Assembly (NCBI GenBank): GCA_012514035.1
Contig: JAAZBB010000015.1
Coordinates: 31,077 to 95,076, forward strand
Length of the DNA stretch: 64,000 nt
Reading direction: 5' to 3'
Source: Lentisphaerota bacterium
GTDB taxonomy: Bacteria > Verrucomicrobiota > Kiritimatiellia > CAIQIC01 > Lenti-01
Shown: positions 8,997 to 17,991 of the stretch, in pieces
Numbering within the stretch: position 1 is the stretch's first letter
Layout of the letters: each line of letters opens with the position of its first letter
The notes under the pieces: model-generated
Seen by the model: the letters and a program-made list of their open reading frames with translations, nothing else
Told to the model about the DNA's origin: nothing
Database searches by the model: none
Program-made: the position numbers and the translations under genes

Positions 8997-9472
8997 CTCC
9001 CCAGAGCCAGATTCTCCTGATTCCCAAGATCGAATGCGGCTATGTGATCGACCACATCCCGGCCGGGCTCGGCATCCAGGTCATGGCGCTGATCGGGTGC
9101 CATCCGGAGCTGGAGGCAGCCGTGGTGACGCTGGGCCTGAACTACAAGAGCACGCGGATGGGCCGCAAGGACATGATCAAGCTGCAGACGAAATCCCTGC
9201 CGCCGCGGCTGCTGCAAATGCTGGCGCTGGTGAGCCCTGGCGTGACCATCAAGCGCATCGCCAACTATGAGGTGGTCGAGAAGGTCGTGATCCAGGTGCC
9301 GGAGCTGTTTGACAATCTGGCGCGCTGCATCAACCCCAACTGCATCACCAACGTCGAGCCGCACATCGGGACGCGCTTCAAGCGGCTGGAATCCGGTTCG
9401 CGGCATTTCAAGTGTGCGCACTGCGAGCGCGTCTGCACGCTCGACGAACTGGCGGGGCACCTCAAGGCATGA
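8993..9472 (+). CDS. pyrI: aspartate carbamoyltransferase regulatory subunit
   Basis: MTPQSQILLIPKIECGYVIDHIPAG... and a C-terminal Zn-binding Cys cluster (CINPNCITN...CAHCER). ATGA overlap with pyrB. Confidence 0.9.
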   Translation: MTPQSQILLIPKIECGYVIDHIPAGLGIQVMALIGCHPELEAAVVTLGLNYKSTRMGRKDMIKLQTKSLPPRLLQMLALVSPGVTIKRIANYEVVEKVVIQVPELFDNLARCINPNCITNVEPHIGTRFKRLESGSRHFKCAHCERVCTLDELAGHLKA

Positions 9473-10401
9473 ATCCGCTAGCCGTCCGGATTGCCGGAAT
9501 CGCGCTTGAATCGCCGCTGGTGCTGGCGTCGGGGGTGCTGGGTACGACAGCATCCTCGCTGCGGCGGGTGGCGCAGGCGGGCGCGGGGGCGGTCACGACG
9601 AAGTCGTGCAGCCTTGCGCCGCGCCCGGGGCATCCGGCCCCGTGCATCCTGCCGTGGAAGGGCGGGATGCTCAACGCCGTCGGGCTGTCCAATCCGGGCA
9701 TCGAGGGCGCGCTGGAGGAAATTACCGAATACCGGCGGACCTGCCGGACGCCGCTGTTCGTCTCGATCTTCGCGGGCAGCCCGGCGGAGTTCGGGGAATT
9801 GGCGCAGCGGGTTGCGGCGGCCAAACCGGATTTGATCGAAGTCAACGTGTCCTGCCCGAACGTGGAATCCGAATTCGGCGCGCCCTTCGCCGCGGACCCC
9901 GCCGCCTGCGCGGCGGTGACGCGGGCGGTGAAGGAGAACGCCGGCGGCATTCCGGTTTCCATCAAGCTCGCGTCGCAGTGTGCCTCCATCGCGAAAATGG
10001 CGGAGGTCTGCCAGCGGAGCGGGGCGGACGTGCTCACGGCCATCAACACGGTCGGCCCGGGGATGTGGATTGATCCCGGCGCCGGCCGGCCGGTGCTGTC
10101 GAATCTTGTCGGCGGCGTTTCCGGAACGGCCATCCTGCCCATCGCGGTGCGGGCGGTCTACGAAATCCGCCGCGCGGTGGATTTGCCGATCATCGGCACG
10201 GGCGGGGTGTCGTGTGCGGCGGATGCGCTGCAACTGATCATGGCCGGGGCGGACGCCGTCGGCCTCGGCAGCGCCATCTACGGCGGCGGAATCGGCTTGT
10301 TCGACGAGATCAATCGAGGATTGGCCGATTTCCTCCAGAGCCGGGGATATCAGTCCCTGCACGAGGTTCATGGAATGGCGCACGAAAAAGGCAAGCCATG
10401 A
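9469..10401 (+). CDS. pyrD: dihydroorotate dehydrogenase catalytic subunit (class 1B)
   Basis: TIM-barrel DHODH motifs (GVLGTT, NTVGPG, IGTGGV). Followed by a pyrK-like gene. ATGA overlap with pyrI. Confidence 0.9.
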   Translation: MNPLAVRIAGIALESPLVLASGVLGTTASSLRRVAQAGAGAVTTKSCSLAPRPGHPAPCILPWKGGMLNAVGLSNPGIEGALEEITEYRRTCRTPLFVSIFAGSPAEFGELAQRVAAAKPDLIEVNVSCPNVESEFGAPFAADPAACAAVTRAVKENAGGIPVSIKLASQCASIAKMAEVCQRSGADVLTAINTVGPGMWIDPGAGRPVLSNLVGGVSGTAILPIAVRAVYEIRRAVDLPIIGTGGVSCAADALQLIMAGADAVGLGSAIYGGGIGLFDEINRGLADFLQSRGYQSLHEVHGMAHEKGKP

Positions 10402-11195
10402 AAAGTTTGGCATTGCCCAGTCATGAAATGCACACGCTGCCGATCGAGGACATCGTCGTCCACCACGAAGGGCTGAAGAGTTACCTGTTCCGCCAGACGT
10501 TCGATATCGAGCCGGGGCAGTTTGTGATGCTGTGGCTGCCGGGCGGGGACGAGAAGCCGTTTTCGGTGTCCGATGTGCGAGACGGGCGGATCGAAATCAC
10601 CGCCCGGGCGGTCGGACCGTTTTCACGCGCGCTGATGGCCTGCAAGGTCGGCGGTTTTCTCGGCTTGCGCGGGCCGTTCGGACGCGGTTTCCGTCCGCGC
10701 GGGCGCGGGCTGATCGTGGGCGGCGGCATAGGCATCGCGCCGCTGCGCTATCTGGTCCACCGGCTGGCGCAGGACGGTATGGAATGCCAAATCGCCCTTG
10801 GCGCGCGCACGGCCCGGGAGTTGATGTTTGCCGCCGACTTTGTACGCCGGGGGGCGCGGCTGGCGACGGATGACGGGAGTTTGGGCGAAAAAGTCATGGT
10901 GCTGGCGCTGGCCGAACGGCTGTGTGCCGCCGAAAAGTTTGACGTGATCTACGGTTGCGGGCCGGAGGTCCTGTTGGTCGGGCTTCATCAGTTGGCGGCG
11001 ACAGTTGGCTGCGACTGCCAGCTTGCGCTGGAACGCCACATGAAGTGCGGGATCGGCATCTGCGGAAGCTGTTGCGTGGACGGCAGCGGCATCTGCATCT
11101 GCCGCGAAGGGCCCGTGCTAGATCGCGCGGAGCTGGACCAGGTGGCGGATTTCGGCCGGCCGCATCGCGACGCCACCGGAGCCCGGAAGAATTGA
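10398..11195 (+). CDS. pyrK: dihydroorotate dehydrogenase electron-transfer subunit
   Basis: FAD/NAD-binding fold plus a C-terminal 2Fe-2S Cys cluster (CGIGICGSCCVDGSGICICREGP). ATGA overlap with pyrD. Confidence 0.85.
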   Translation: MKSLALPSHEMHTLPIEDIVVHHEGLKSYLFRQTFDIEPGQFVMLWLPGGDEKPFSVSDVRDGRIEITARAVGPFSRALMACKVGGFLGLRGPFGRGFRPRGRGLIVGGGIGIAPLRYLVHRLAQDGMECQIALGARTARELMFAADFVRRGARLATDDGSLGEKVMVLALAERLCAAEKFDVIYGCGPEVLLVGLHQLAATVGCDCQLALERHMKCGIGICGSCCVDGSGICICREGPVLDRAELDQVADFGRPHRDATGARKN

Positions 11196-11233
11196 CCGAC
11201 CAACCTGCTCCCGATGCAGTCCGGGAACTGGCG

Positions 11234-12109
11234 TTATGTCAGCCGGAGCATGCGGAGCCAGTCGCGGAAATCGCGCGGGAGGGGGGCGGCGGCCGAGACG
11301 GTTCGGCCGGTGACAGGATGCCCGAAATGCAGTTCCGAGGCATGCAGCATCTGGCGGGGCACGCCGGGAAAATCGGCGCTGCGGGCGCTGAAGTATTGCC
11401 GGTCGCCCAGGATCGGGTGCCCGATGTGGTGCAGATGGATCCGGATCTGGTGGGTGCGGCCGGTTTCGATGGCAACCGTGACATGCGCGCTGCGCGGCGG
11501 ACGTGTTTGCACGGCAACCTGTCGCACGTGGCTGACGGCGGGCAAGTGGTCCACGGGTACGCGGATGTCCAGTTGAGGTTCAGGCAGGTTGCCGGCGACC
11601 AGCGCATGATACCGCTTGCGGACCCGGCCTTGCTCGAACTGGGCGATCAACGCGCGGCGGGTGTCTTCGTCCTTGGCAAAAAGCACGCACCCGGAGGTGT
11701 CCTTGTCGAGACGGTGGACGGCCCGCAGGGCGGGCAGGCCAAGCTGATCGCGCAGGCGGGCTTCCAGGGATTTTTCGCCGGTGGTGAGCAGTCGCGGCGG
11801 CTTCTCGGCCACGAGAAAAAGCGGATCGTCCAGCAGGATGCGGACGGCGGCGGCCGTGGCCGGCTGGGGGGCCAGGGCGGCGGCGAGCACTTCGACCGCG
11901 TCGCGGGTCTGGAGCAAATGCCTGGCCATCCAGATGCGCCGGCCGTTGACGAACACCAGGCGGTCATCGAGCAGACTTTTGGCTGCGCGTCGCGAAAGGC
12001 CGAGGTGTTCCGCCAAATGAGCCAGCAATTCCGTCCCGTTGCGCCGCGCGGGCGGCAGGCGGCGAAGGGCGGGGGTGCGGGGTGCCGGGCGTTTCATGCG
12101 GGGCAACAT
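11234..12109 (-). CDS. RluA-family 23S rRNA pseudouridine synthase (S4 domain plus catalytic domain)
   Basis: HRLDKDTSG catalytic motif and an N-terminal S4-like region. Confidence 0.85.
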   Translation of the reverse strand: MLPRMKRPAPRTPALRRLPPARRNGTELLAHLAEHLGLSRRAAKSLLDDRLVFVNGRRIWMARHLLQTRDAVEVLAAALAPQPATAAAVRILLDDPLFLVAEKPPRLLTTGEKSLEARLRDQLGLPALRAVHRLDKDTSGCVLFAKDEDTRRALIAQFEQGRVRKRYHALVAGNLPEPQLDIRVPVDHLPAVSHVRQVAVQTRPPRSAHVTVAIETGRTHQIRIHLHHIGHPILGDRQYFSARSADFPGVPRQMLHASELHFGHPVTGRTVSAAAPLPRDFRDWLRMLRLT

Positions 12110-12123
12110 AGCGCGGCGCAGGG

Positions 12124-12828
12124 TCAGCCGTCGAGGCGGAAGGGGGAGAAGCGAGTGCGGGTGTCGTAGGGATCGGACTGTTCGGCGCGCTTGAGGCGGT
12201 GCACGATCCAGTAGGTCAGCGGAGTCGCCAGGACTTCATAAGCGGTCTTGAGCAGGAAGTTCCAGCAGGCGACCCGGACCACGAGTTGGACCGGCCAGAC
12301 GCCGCCGAAGGCAAGGACGGTGAAGAGGAGCGAATCCAGGCCTTCGCCGGCGATGGTGCTGCCGATGGTACGCATCCAGAGATGGCGGCCGGTCATCCAG
12401 ACCTTCATCTTGGCCATGACCCAGGCATTCAGAAACGAGCCGCACCAGAAGGCAACGAGACTGCCGAACACGACCCGCGGAGTTTGAAGAAGAATAGCGG
12501 CAAAGGCGTCCTGCATCTCCCAGCCGGGGGCCGGGGGCAGCAGCGCAACCAGCGAAAAAGCGGCTGCCGCGAAGAAGTTCAGGGCAAACCCCAGCCAGAT
12601 GACGCGTCGGGCCTGGGCGTATCCGTACACTTCAACCAGGATGTCGCCGAAAATGTAGGAGACCGGAAACAGCAGGTTGCCGCCATCCATCGTGATGAAC
12701 GGCAACCCGGGAAGAGTCAGGGGCTTGATGGCGCTGACGTTGGAAACGACCAGCACGGTGCAGAACACCGCGCTGATCGGTCCCAGCCAGCGCCGGGCGG
12801 AAACGGGGAAGGATTCCCCGGAGGGCAT
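12124..12828 (-). CDS. yhhQ: queuosine precursor transporter (YhhQ/Vut_1 family)
   Basis: FPVSYIFGDILVEVYG signature in a polytopic membrane protein. Confidence 0.78.
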   Translation of the reverse strand: MPSGESFPVSARRWLGPISAVFCTVLVVSNVSAIKPLTLPGLPFITMDGGNLLFPVSYIFGDILVEVYGYAQARRVIWLGFALNFFAAAAFSLVALLPPAPGWEMQDAFAAILLQTPRVVFGSLVAFWCGSFLNAWVMAKMKVWMTGRHLWMRTIGSTIAGEGLDSLLFTVLAFGGVWPVQLVVRVACWNFLLKTAYEVLATPLTYWIVHRLKRAEQSDPYDTRTRFSPFRLDG

Positions 12829-13712
12829 TATTTCCCGAACGGATTGATGTTTTTCAGCGCGCCGCCGACGGCGTCGCCGACGGCCTTCCCGGCATCCACC
12901 GCGCCGCCGACGACAGCCTTGCCCGCGTCGGTTGCGCCGCCAACGACGGCCTTCCCGGCATCCACGGCCCCTTCGCCGACGGCCAGGGCGCCTTCGCCGA
13001 CGGCCTTGCCGGCATCGCCGATCAGGTTGCCCGCACCGGCAATGGCGGTGCCGGCGGCTCCGGCGACGGCATTGAGGATTTCACGGATGGCCTCGGGAAT
13101 GCTGACGCCTTCCTTTTCCTTGCCCAGATCCGTCAGGGTAATGGGGGGCAGGGGAATGGGAATGGCCCCGCCGCCGGTCAGGGCCGCCGCTCCGGTGATG
13201 GAGAAGTTCATCTTGCTGCCGGTGATGGAGAGTTTTTCAATGACGACCTTCTTGCCGGGCTTTTCATCTTTGGGCGGCTCTGCCTTGGCTTCGCCTTCTT
13301 CTTCAGGTTTCTCTTCCTTGCCGGCCGAGAGCTGGTCGATCAAGGCGCCGAGATTGCTGTTGAGCAGGCCCTTTTCATAGGTCAGTTCAAGGCCTTCGAT
13401 GGTGATTTCCCGGATGACCATGGTGTCTGAAAGCAGGGTGGAGTTGTCGATATCCACCCGGACCGACCCGAGGTCAAACAGGCCCGGGGTGTTGAAGCCC
13501 TCGGGATTGCCGATGTGGAGGCCGCTGAGGGCGGCTTTGCCGCGCAGGAGAGAAATGTCGGCGTTGGCCAGGGTGGCCTCCACGCCGAGGGCGCCGGGTG
13601 CGGCGGCGTTGAAGCCCTTCAGGATCATTTTGTCCAGGGACAATTCCAGGACGACGAACAGAACGGCCAGGACGACGAGGACGCCAACCAGGATCTTCAA
13701 CAGCGTTTTCAT
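12828..13712 (-). CDS. membrane-anchored hypothetical protein with Gly/Ala-rich C-terminal repeats (AsmA-like?)
   Basis: Start set at MKTLLKILVGVLVVLAVLF (transmembrane anchor, AAGGAA ribosome-binding site 8 nt upstream). About five 11-aa DAGKAVxGGAx repeats at the C-terminus, encoded by 33-bp tandem DNA repeats. Confidence 0.5.
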   Translation of the reverse strand: MKTLLKILVGVLVVLAVLFVVLELSLDKMILKGFNAAAPGALGVEATLANADISLLRGKAALSGLHIGNPEGFNTPGLFDLGSVRVDIDNSTLLSDTMVIREITIEGLELTYEKGLLNSNLGALIDQLSAGKEEKPEEEGEAKAEPPKDEKPGKKVVIEKLSITGSKMNFSITGAAALTGGGAIPIPLPPITLTDLGKEKEGVSIPEAIREILNAVAGAAGTAIAGAGNLIGDAGKAVGEGALAVGEGAVDAGKAVVGGATDAGKAVVGGAVDAGKAVGDAVGGALKNINPFGK

Positions 13713-13892
13713 GGGCTCGATTCCTTGGATACCGCCGGATTTCACCTGGGCGCCGGGTACGGGGCCTGCAGGAATCCAGCGCCATAAACATAGCGCGGCG
13801 GACGGTGGCAATTCCAGCAAATTTCCGCAAACACTTGCCTGGCGCCAGGGGGGCGGGTTGCTTCTGCACGCGGGCCGGAGCCGGAGGAATGC

Positions 13893-14942
13893 TTATTTCA
13901 CGAATGTGAAGCGGGCGCCGATGGGGAAATGGTCGCTGTAGCCGCCGCGGTAGACTTCCTGGCCCACAAAAGAGGGCACGGGGGCGCCTTTGCGGCGGCC
14001 GCGGGGTTCGGTCATGAAGGCGGGCTGGAGAATCCAGAGGGAATCGTCGTCGTATTCGATGCGAGTGCTGTCGAGGAGGGCGCCGGAGGCGATGATTTGG
14101 TCATACATGCGCCAATCGGTGCGTCCGCGGAAGGAGTGGAAGAAGGTGCCCCGGCCCTGCTCGGACTTGGCGGTGGTGAGATTGTAAAGCGCGTCGGGCT
14201 TGTAGCCGGAGGGCGAGGGATAGGGTTTGACATCGAGGACGATCCGGATAGAGCGGCTGGCGGGTTCGTCGTTGAAATCGCCCAGGATAAGGATGTGGGC
14301 GGCGCGGTCGCGGTCAAGGAGGCCGCCAATGGCGCGCTGCAGGGTGCGGGCGGCAGCGAAACGGTCGGGATCGGATTCCTCGACGCCGGCGCCGCGGGAG
14401 GGCCAGTGGTTGACGAAGACATGCAGGGGTTTTCCGCGCGGGTCCTGGAAGGTGGCTTGGAGAATGTCACGGGTTTCACGCCGCCACTTCAGCCGGACGG
14501 GGTGGGTCATGGAATGGCGCAGGGTGAAGGTGTCCCGGTTGTAGAGCAGGGCGGTATCAATGCCGCGGGGGTCGGGGGAATCGTAGTGAACAATGCCGTA
14601 CGGCTGGGCCGGGAGGCGTTGGATCAGTTCTTCCAGCACCTGGCGGTTTTCGATTTCCTGCAGGCCGAGGAGGTCGGGGCCTGCGCCATGGTTCATGTCC
14701 GAAATGACCCGGGCGAGGTTGTCGAGCTTGGTTTCGAAGCGGACACGGGTCCAGCGGGTGGTCGGGTTGTGCGGCAGAAATTCGTCGTCGTAGGGGTTGT
14801 CCGGATCGTCGTCGGTGTCATAGAGGTTTTCGACATTCCAGTTGGCCACGTGAAACGCATCGGGCGCCGCCGGCCCGGAGAGGGGCAGGAGGAGAAAAAC
14901 ACCGAGCCAGCCGATGAGAACCGGTTGCCGTTTCGGGGCCAT
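13893..14942 (-). CDS. endonuclease/exonuclease/phosphatase (EEP) family protein, secreted
   Basis: N-terminal signal peptide MAPKRQPVLIGWLGVFLLLPLSG. EEP motifs (LGLQE, GDFND, SDHFP). Start trimmed from the 469-aa track ORF to ATG 14942 with an AAGAGG ribosome-binding site. Confidence 0.75.
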   Translation of the reverse strand: MAPKRQPVLIGWLGVFLLLPLSGPAAPDAFHVANWNVENLYDTDDDPDNPYDDEFLPHNPTTRWTRVRFETKLDNLARVISDMNHGAGPDLLGLQEIENRQVLEELIQRLPAQPYGIVHYDSPDPRGIDTALLYNRDTFTLRHSMTHPVRLKWRRETRDILQATFQDPRGKPLHVFVNHWPSRGAGVEESDPDRFAAARTLQRAIGGLLDRDRAAHILILGDFNDEPASRSIRIVLDVKPYPSPSGYKPDALYNLTTAKSEQGRGTFFHSFRGRTDWRMYDQIIASGALLDSTRIEYDDDSLWILQPAFMTEPRGRRKGAPVPSFVGQEVYRGGYSDHFPIGARFTFVK

Positions 14943-14949
14943 CCGCCTC

Positions 14950-16671
14950 TTAAATCCGCTCAGGGGTTTCGATGCCGAGCAGGTCCAGCCCGTGGCGGAG
15001 GACCTTGGCCGCGAGATCGCACAGGCGCACGCGGCTTTCGCGGAGGCCGGCGTCGGCCTTGAGGAAGGGAACGTTCTGGTAGAAGGAAGAGTACGCCTGC
15101 GACAGGTCGTAGAGGGCATCGGCGAGGAGCGAGGGTTTTTCCTGTTCGGCGGCATCGCGCACGGCGTCGGGATAGCGCGCGAGGCGCAGGGCCAGGCGGC
15201 GGGCCTGCGGAGTATCGAGGTCGAGGGGCACGCGCATGAAGTCGATGCCGGGGAAGCGCTCGGCATGCTTGTCGATGACGGAGGCGATGCGGGCGTGGGC
15301 ATATTGCAGGTACGGCGCGGAGTTGCCGTCCATGGCCAGGGCTTTCTCCCACGTGAAGGTCACGGCCGACTGCGGATTCTGCGAGAGGTCGGCGTATTTG
15401 ACGGCGCCGATGCCGACGGCACGGGCAACGGCCTGCTGCTGGCTGGCGGGCATGTCGGGAGAGGCGGTTTTGACGATCTCCAGAGCGCGCTTTTCGGCTT
15501 CGTCGAGCAGCAGGTCGAGCTTGATGGCGTTGCCCATGCGCGTGGAGAGCAGTCCGTCGGGAAGGCGCATCAGGCCGAACCAGACATGGCGCAGCGGGGT
15601 TCGCACGCCGGCTTTTTGCGCCACGGCGAAAAACTGGCGGAAATGGAGTTGCTGGCGCTCATCGGTCACATAGATGATGGCATCGGGACGAAATTCCTCG
15701 ACGCGCGAGAAGACGGTGGCGAGGTCTGTGGTGGCGTAGTTGTAGCCGCCGTCGGACTTGCGGACGATGCAGGGCGGGAGCTTTTCATCATCGAGGAAGG
15801 CGACCAGGGCGCCTTCGGATTCGCGGACGAGCCCGAGGGCCTGCAGTTTCTCGATCAGGGCGGGGAGCGCATCGTGGTAATAGGATTCGCCGCGGGTCAG
15901 TTCGAAGGAGACGCCCAGGCGCCCGTAGATGCGAGCGAGGTCGGCAAGCGACACCTCCATGAACTTGCGCCAGAGGGCACGGTTTTCCGAGTCGCCGGCT
16001 TGCAGCTTCACGAGTTCGGCCCGGCACTGGTCCTCCCAGGCGGGGTCGGCCTCGGCCTTTTGGCTCGACAGCACATAGATGCGTTCCAGTTCGTGAACCG
16101 GAGCGGCCGCGAATTGGGCGGGGTCGAGGAAGTGGCGGTAGCCCATGATGAGTTTGCCGAACTGGGTGCCCCAGTCGCCGAGATGGTTGTCGCTGATGAC
16201 GGTGCAGCCCAGGGCGCGGTGGATGCGCTTGAGGGCGTCGCCAATGACCGTGGAGCGGATGTGGGCGACGTGCATCGGCTTGGCGACGTTCGGCGAGGAG
16301 TAGTCGAGGATCAGCGTCTGGCCGGCACCCGGTTGCGGGATGCCGAGGAGGGGATCGGCCTGCATGGCTTCGAGATGGCGCGCCAGGGCGGATTCGGAAA
16401 GCGTCAGGTTGATGAAGCCGGGCCCGGCGATCTCCGCCCTGGCGCTCAGGCCATCAGCGGGAATCCGGGCGGCAACCTGTTCGGCGATTTTGCGCGGCGG
16501 CAGGCGCAGGACCTTCGCGGCGGCCATGGCGCCGTTGCACTGGTAGTCGCCGAAGGCTTCGTCGCCGGCGGGCAGGGCGTCCAGCGGCAGGCCGGAGAGG
16601 TCCGCGCCGGGAAACGCCGCTTGAAACGCAGCCCGAAGGTGCGCGGACAGGATTTCTTTGAGCGTCTGCAT
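14950..16671 (-). CDS. argS: arginine--tRNA ligase
   Basis: Class I aaRS HIGH-like PMHVAHIRSTVIGD, a KMS-like region, and a 573-aa length typical of ArgS. Confidence 0.95.
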   Translation of the reverse strand: MQTLKEILSAHLRAAFQAAFPGADLSGLPLDALPAGDEAFGDYQCNGAMAAAKVLRLPPRKIAEQVAARIPADGLSARAEIAGPGFINLTLSESALARHLEAMQADPLLGIPQPGAGQTLILDYSSPNVAKPMHVAHIRSTVIGDALKRIHRALGCTVISDNHLGDWGTQFGKLIMGYRHFLDPAQFAAAPVHELERIYVLSSQKAEADPAWEDQCRAELVKLQAGDSENRALWRKFMEVSLADLARIYGRLGVSFELTRGESYYHDALPALIEKLQALGLVRESEGALVAFLDDEKLPPCIVRKSDGGYNYATTDLATVFSRVEEFRPDAIIYVTDERQQLHFRQFFAVAQKAGVRTPLRHVWFGLMRLPDGLLSTRMGNAIKLDLLLDEAEKRALEIVKTASPDMPASQQQAVARAVGIGAVKYADLSQNPQSAVTFTWEKALAMDGNSAPYLQYAHARIASVIDKHAERFPGIDFMRVPLDLDTPQARRLALRLARYPDAVRDAAEQEKPSLLADALYDLSQAYSSFYQNVPFLKADAGLRESRVRLCDLAAKVLRHGLDLLGIETPERI

Positions 16672-16690
16672 AACAGCCGGGGAACCTTAA

Positions 16691-17101
16691 CTACGAATTA
16701 ATCGAATTGCACGAATGGGAAGGGGCTAGAAAACGTTCATATTCCAATTTGGGATAGTGACTGAAATTGACCAGCAAAGCCAGTATCTTGCCGGTAGCTT
16801 TCAGGTAATTGATGACTTGGGCGCGGTGTTCGTCGCTCAAGTTCTTTGCCGACTTGATTTCCACGATGATTTTATCGAAACAGAGAAAATCCGGTTGATA
16901 AGTTTGTTTGAGGGATTTCGTTTTGTAGCACAGTTTCAGTTGGGGATGCTCGATAAATGGGATGCCTTGATCTCTGAACTCCATTGCCAGGCATTCCTGA
17001 TAGACCGCTTCCAGGAATCCGTGTCCCAATTGATTGTAGACTTCGAAACAGGCTCCAACGATCTTGAAGCTTTCTTCCTTGAACAGGATTTCGGTTTTCA
17101 T
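16691..17101 (-). CDS. GxxExxY protein (PDDEXK_3 nuclease-superfamily-like)
   Basis: GACFEVYNQLGHGFLEAVYQECL matches the GxxExxY signature. Local GC is roughly 40% against ~65% in the flanks. Its ATG lies inside a 27-bp terminal inverted repeat. Confidence 0.7.
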   Translation of the reverse strand: MKTEILFKEESFKIVGACFEVYNQLGHGFLEAVYQECLAMEFRDQGIPFIEHPQLKLCYKTKSLKQTYQPDFLCFDKIIVEIKSAKNLSDEHRAQVINYLKATGKILALLVNFSHYPKLEYERFLAPSHSCNSINS

Positions 17102-17141
17102 TCGTTTAATTCGCGCAATTCGTAGTGGGTCTTCCGGCGGT

Positions 17142-17927
17142 TCAGCACTCGCCGAATTCGCTGGGCCGGTCGGGATGGGTGGGCAGGACGCGGATGCGGT
17201 CGAGGCCGGCGGCGGCCAGGCGGTTGCGGACGATCTGCATGGCCAGCTCGAGGGTGTTGCACTCGCGGCTGAGATGGGCCAGGAAGACTTGCTGGAGGGT
17301 CTCGCCGGCGATTTCAGTCAAGAGCATCGCGGCGGTTTCGTTGGAGAGATGTCCCTGGCGGCCACGGATCCGCTTTTTGAGGGCCCAGGGCCGGAAGGAA
17401 TTCTGCAGGAGGGTTTCATCGTGGTTGGCCTCCAGCACCAGGAGCTGGCAGCCGCGCAGGCGCTCGCGGGTCACCTGGGTGGGGATGCCGAGGTCGGTGG
17501 CCACGCCCAGGCGGGAGGTGCCGCAGGTCAGGACGAATCCGACGGGATCGTAGGCGTCGTGAGGCAGGGGGAAGGGCAGGATTTCGATGTCGCCGATGGC
17601 GAAGCGCGAGCCGGAACTGAAAAGGTTCCAGGGCAGATCCTGGGCGTTCCGGATGGCGAGAGCGGTATCGCGGTTGGCATACAGGCCCAGACCGAGCCGC
17701 TTGTGAAGCTGGAGCAAGCCGGCGATGTGATCGGCATGCTCGTGCGAGATGCAGATGGCGCGCAGCTTGGCGGGATCGAGGCCGGCCGCGGCCATCCGGC
17801 GCAGGGTTTCCCGCGCGGACAGCCCGGCGTCGATGAGGAGTGCCGTGGTCGGGCTTTCCACATGGATGCAATTGCCGCTGCTGCCGGAGGCGAGCACGCA
17901 AACGCGGAGTTGGGTGGCAGGGGGCAT
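17142..17927 (-). CDS. MBL-fold metallo-hydrolase
   Basis: HEHADH metal-binding motif. Start set at MPPATQLRVCVLASGSSGNC. Confidence 0.75.
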   Translation of the reverse strand: MPPATQLRVCVLASGSSGNCIHVESPTTALLIDAGLSARETLRRMAAAGLDPAKLRAICISHEHADHIAGLLQLHKRLGLGLYANRDTALAIRNAQDLPWNLFSSGSRFAIGDIEILPFPLPHDAYDPVGFVLTCGTSRLGVATDLGIPTQVTRERLRGCQLLVLEANHDETLLQNSFRPWALKKRIRGRQGHLSNETAAMLLTEIAGETLQQVFLAHLSRECNTLELAMQIVRNRLAAAGLDRIRVLPTHPDRPSEFGEC

Positions 17928-17991
17928 GGGGGCTTCGGAAACAGAATATTCAATATCCAACATTCAATGTCCAATGTCCAGGCGGGGACGG

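Noticed and set aside
12199-13380. 393-aa plus-strand ORF opposite yhhQ and the membrane-anchored protein.
   Set aside because: Antisense shadow ORF with low-complexity Pro/Ala/Gly-rich translation.
14943-15302. 120-codon N-terminal extension of the EEP nuclease ORF.
   Set aside because: Overlaps argS on the same strand in another frame. The signal peptide and ribosome-binding site support the ATG at 14942.
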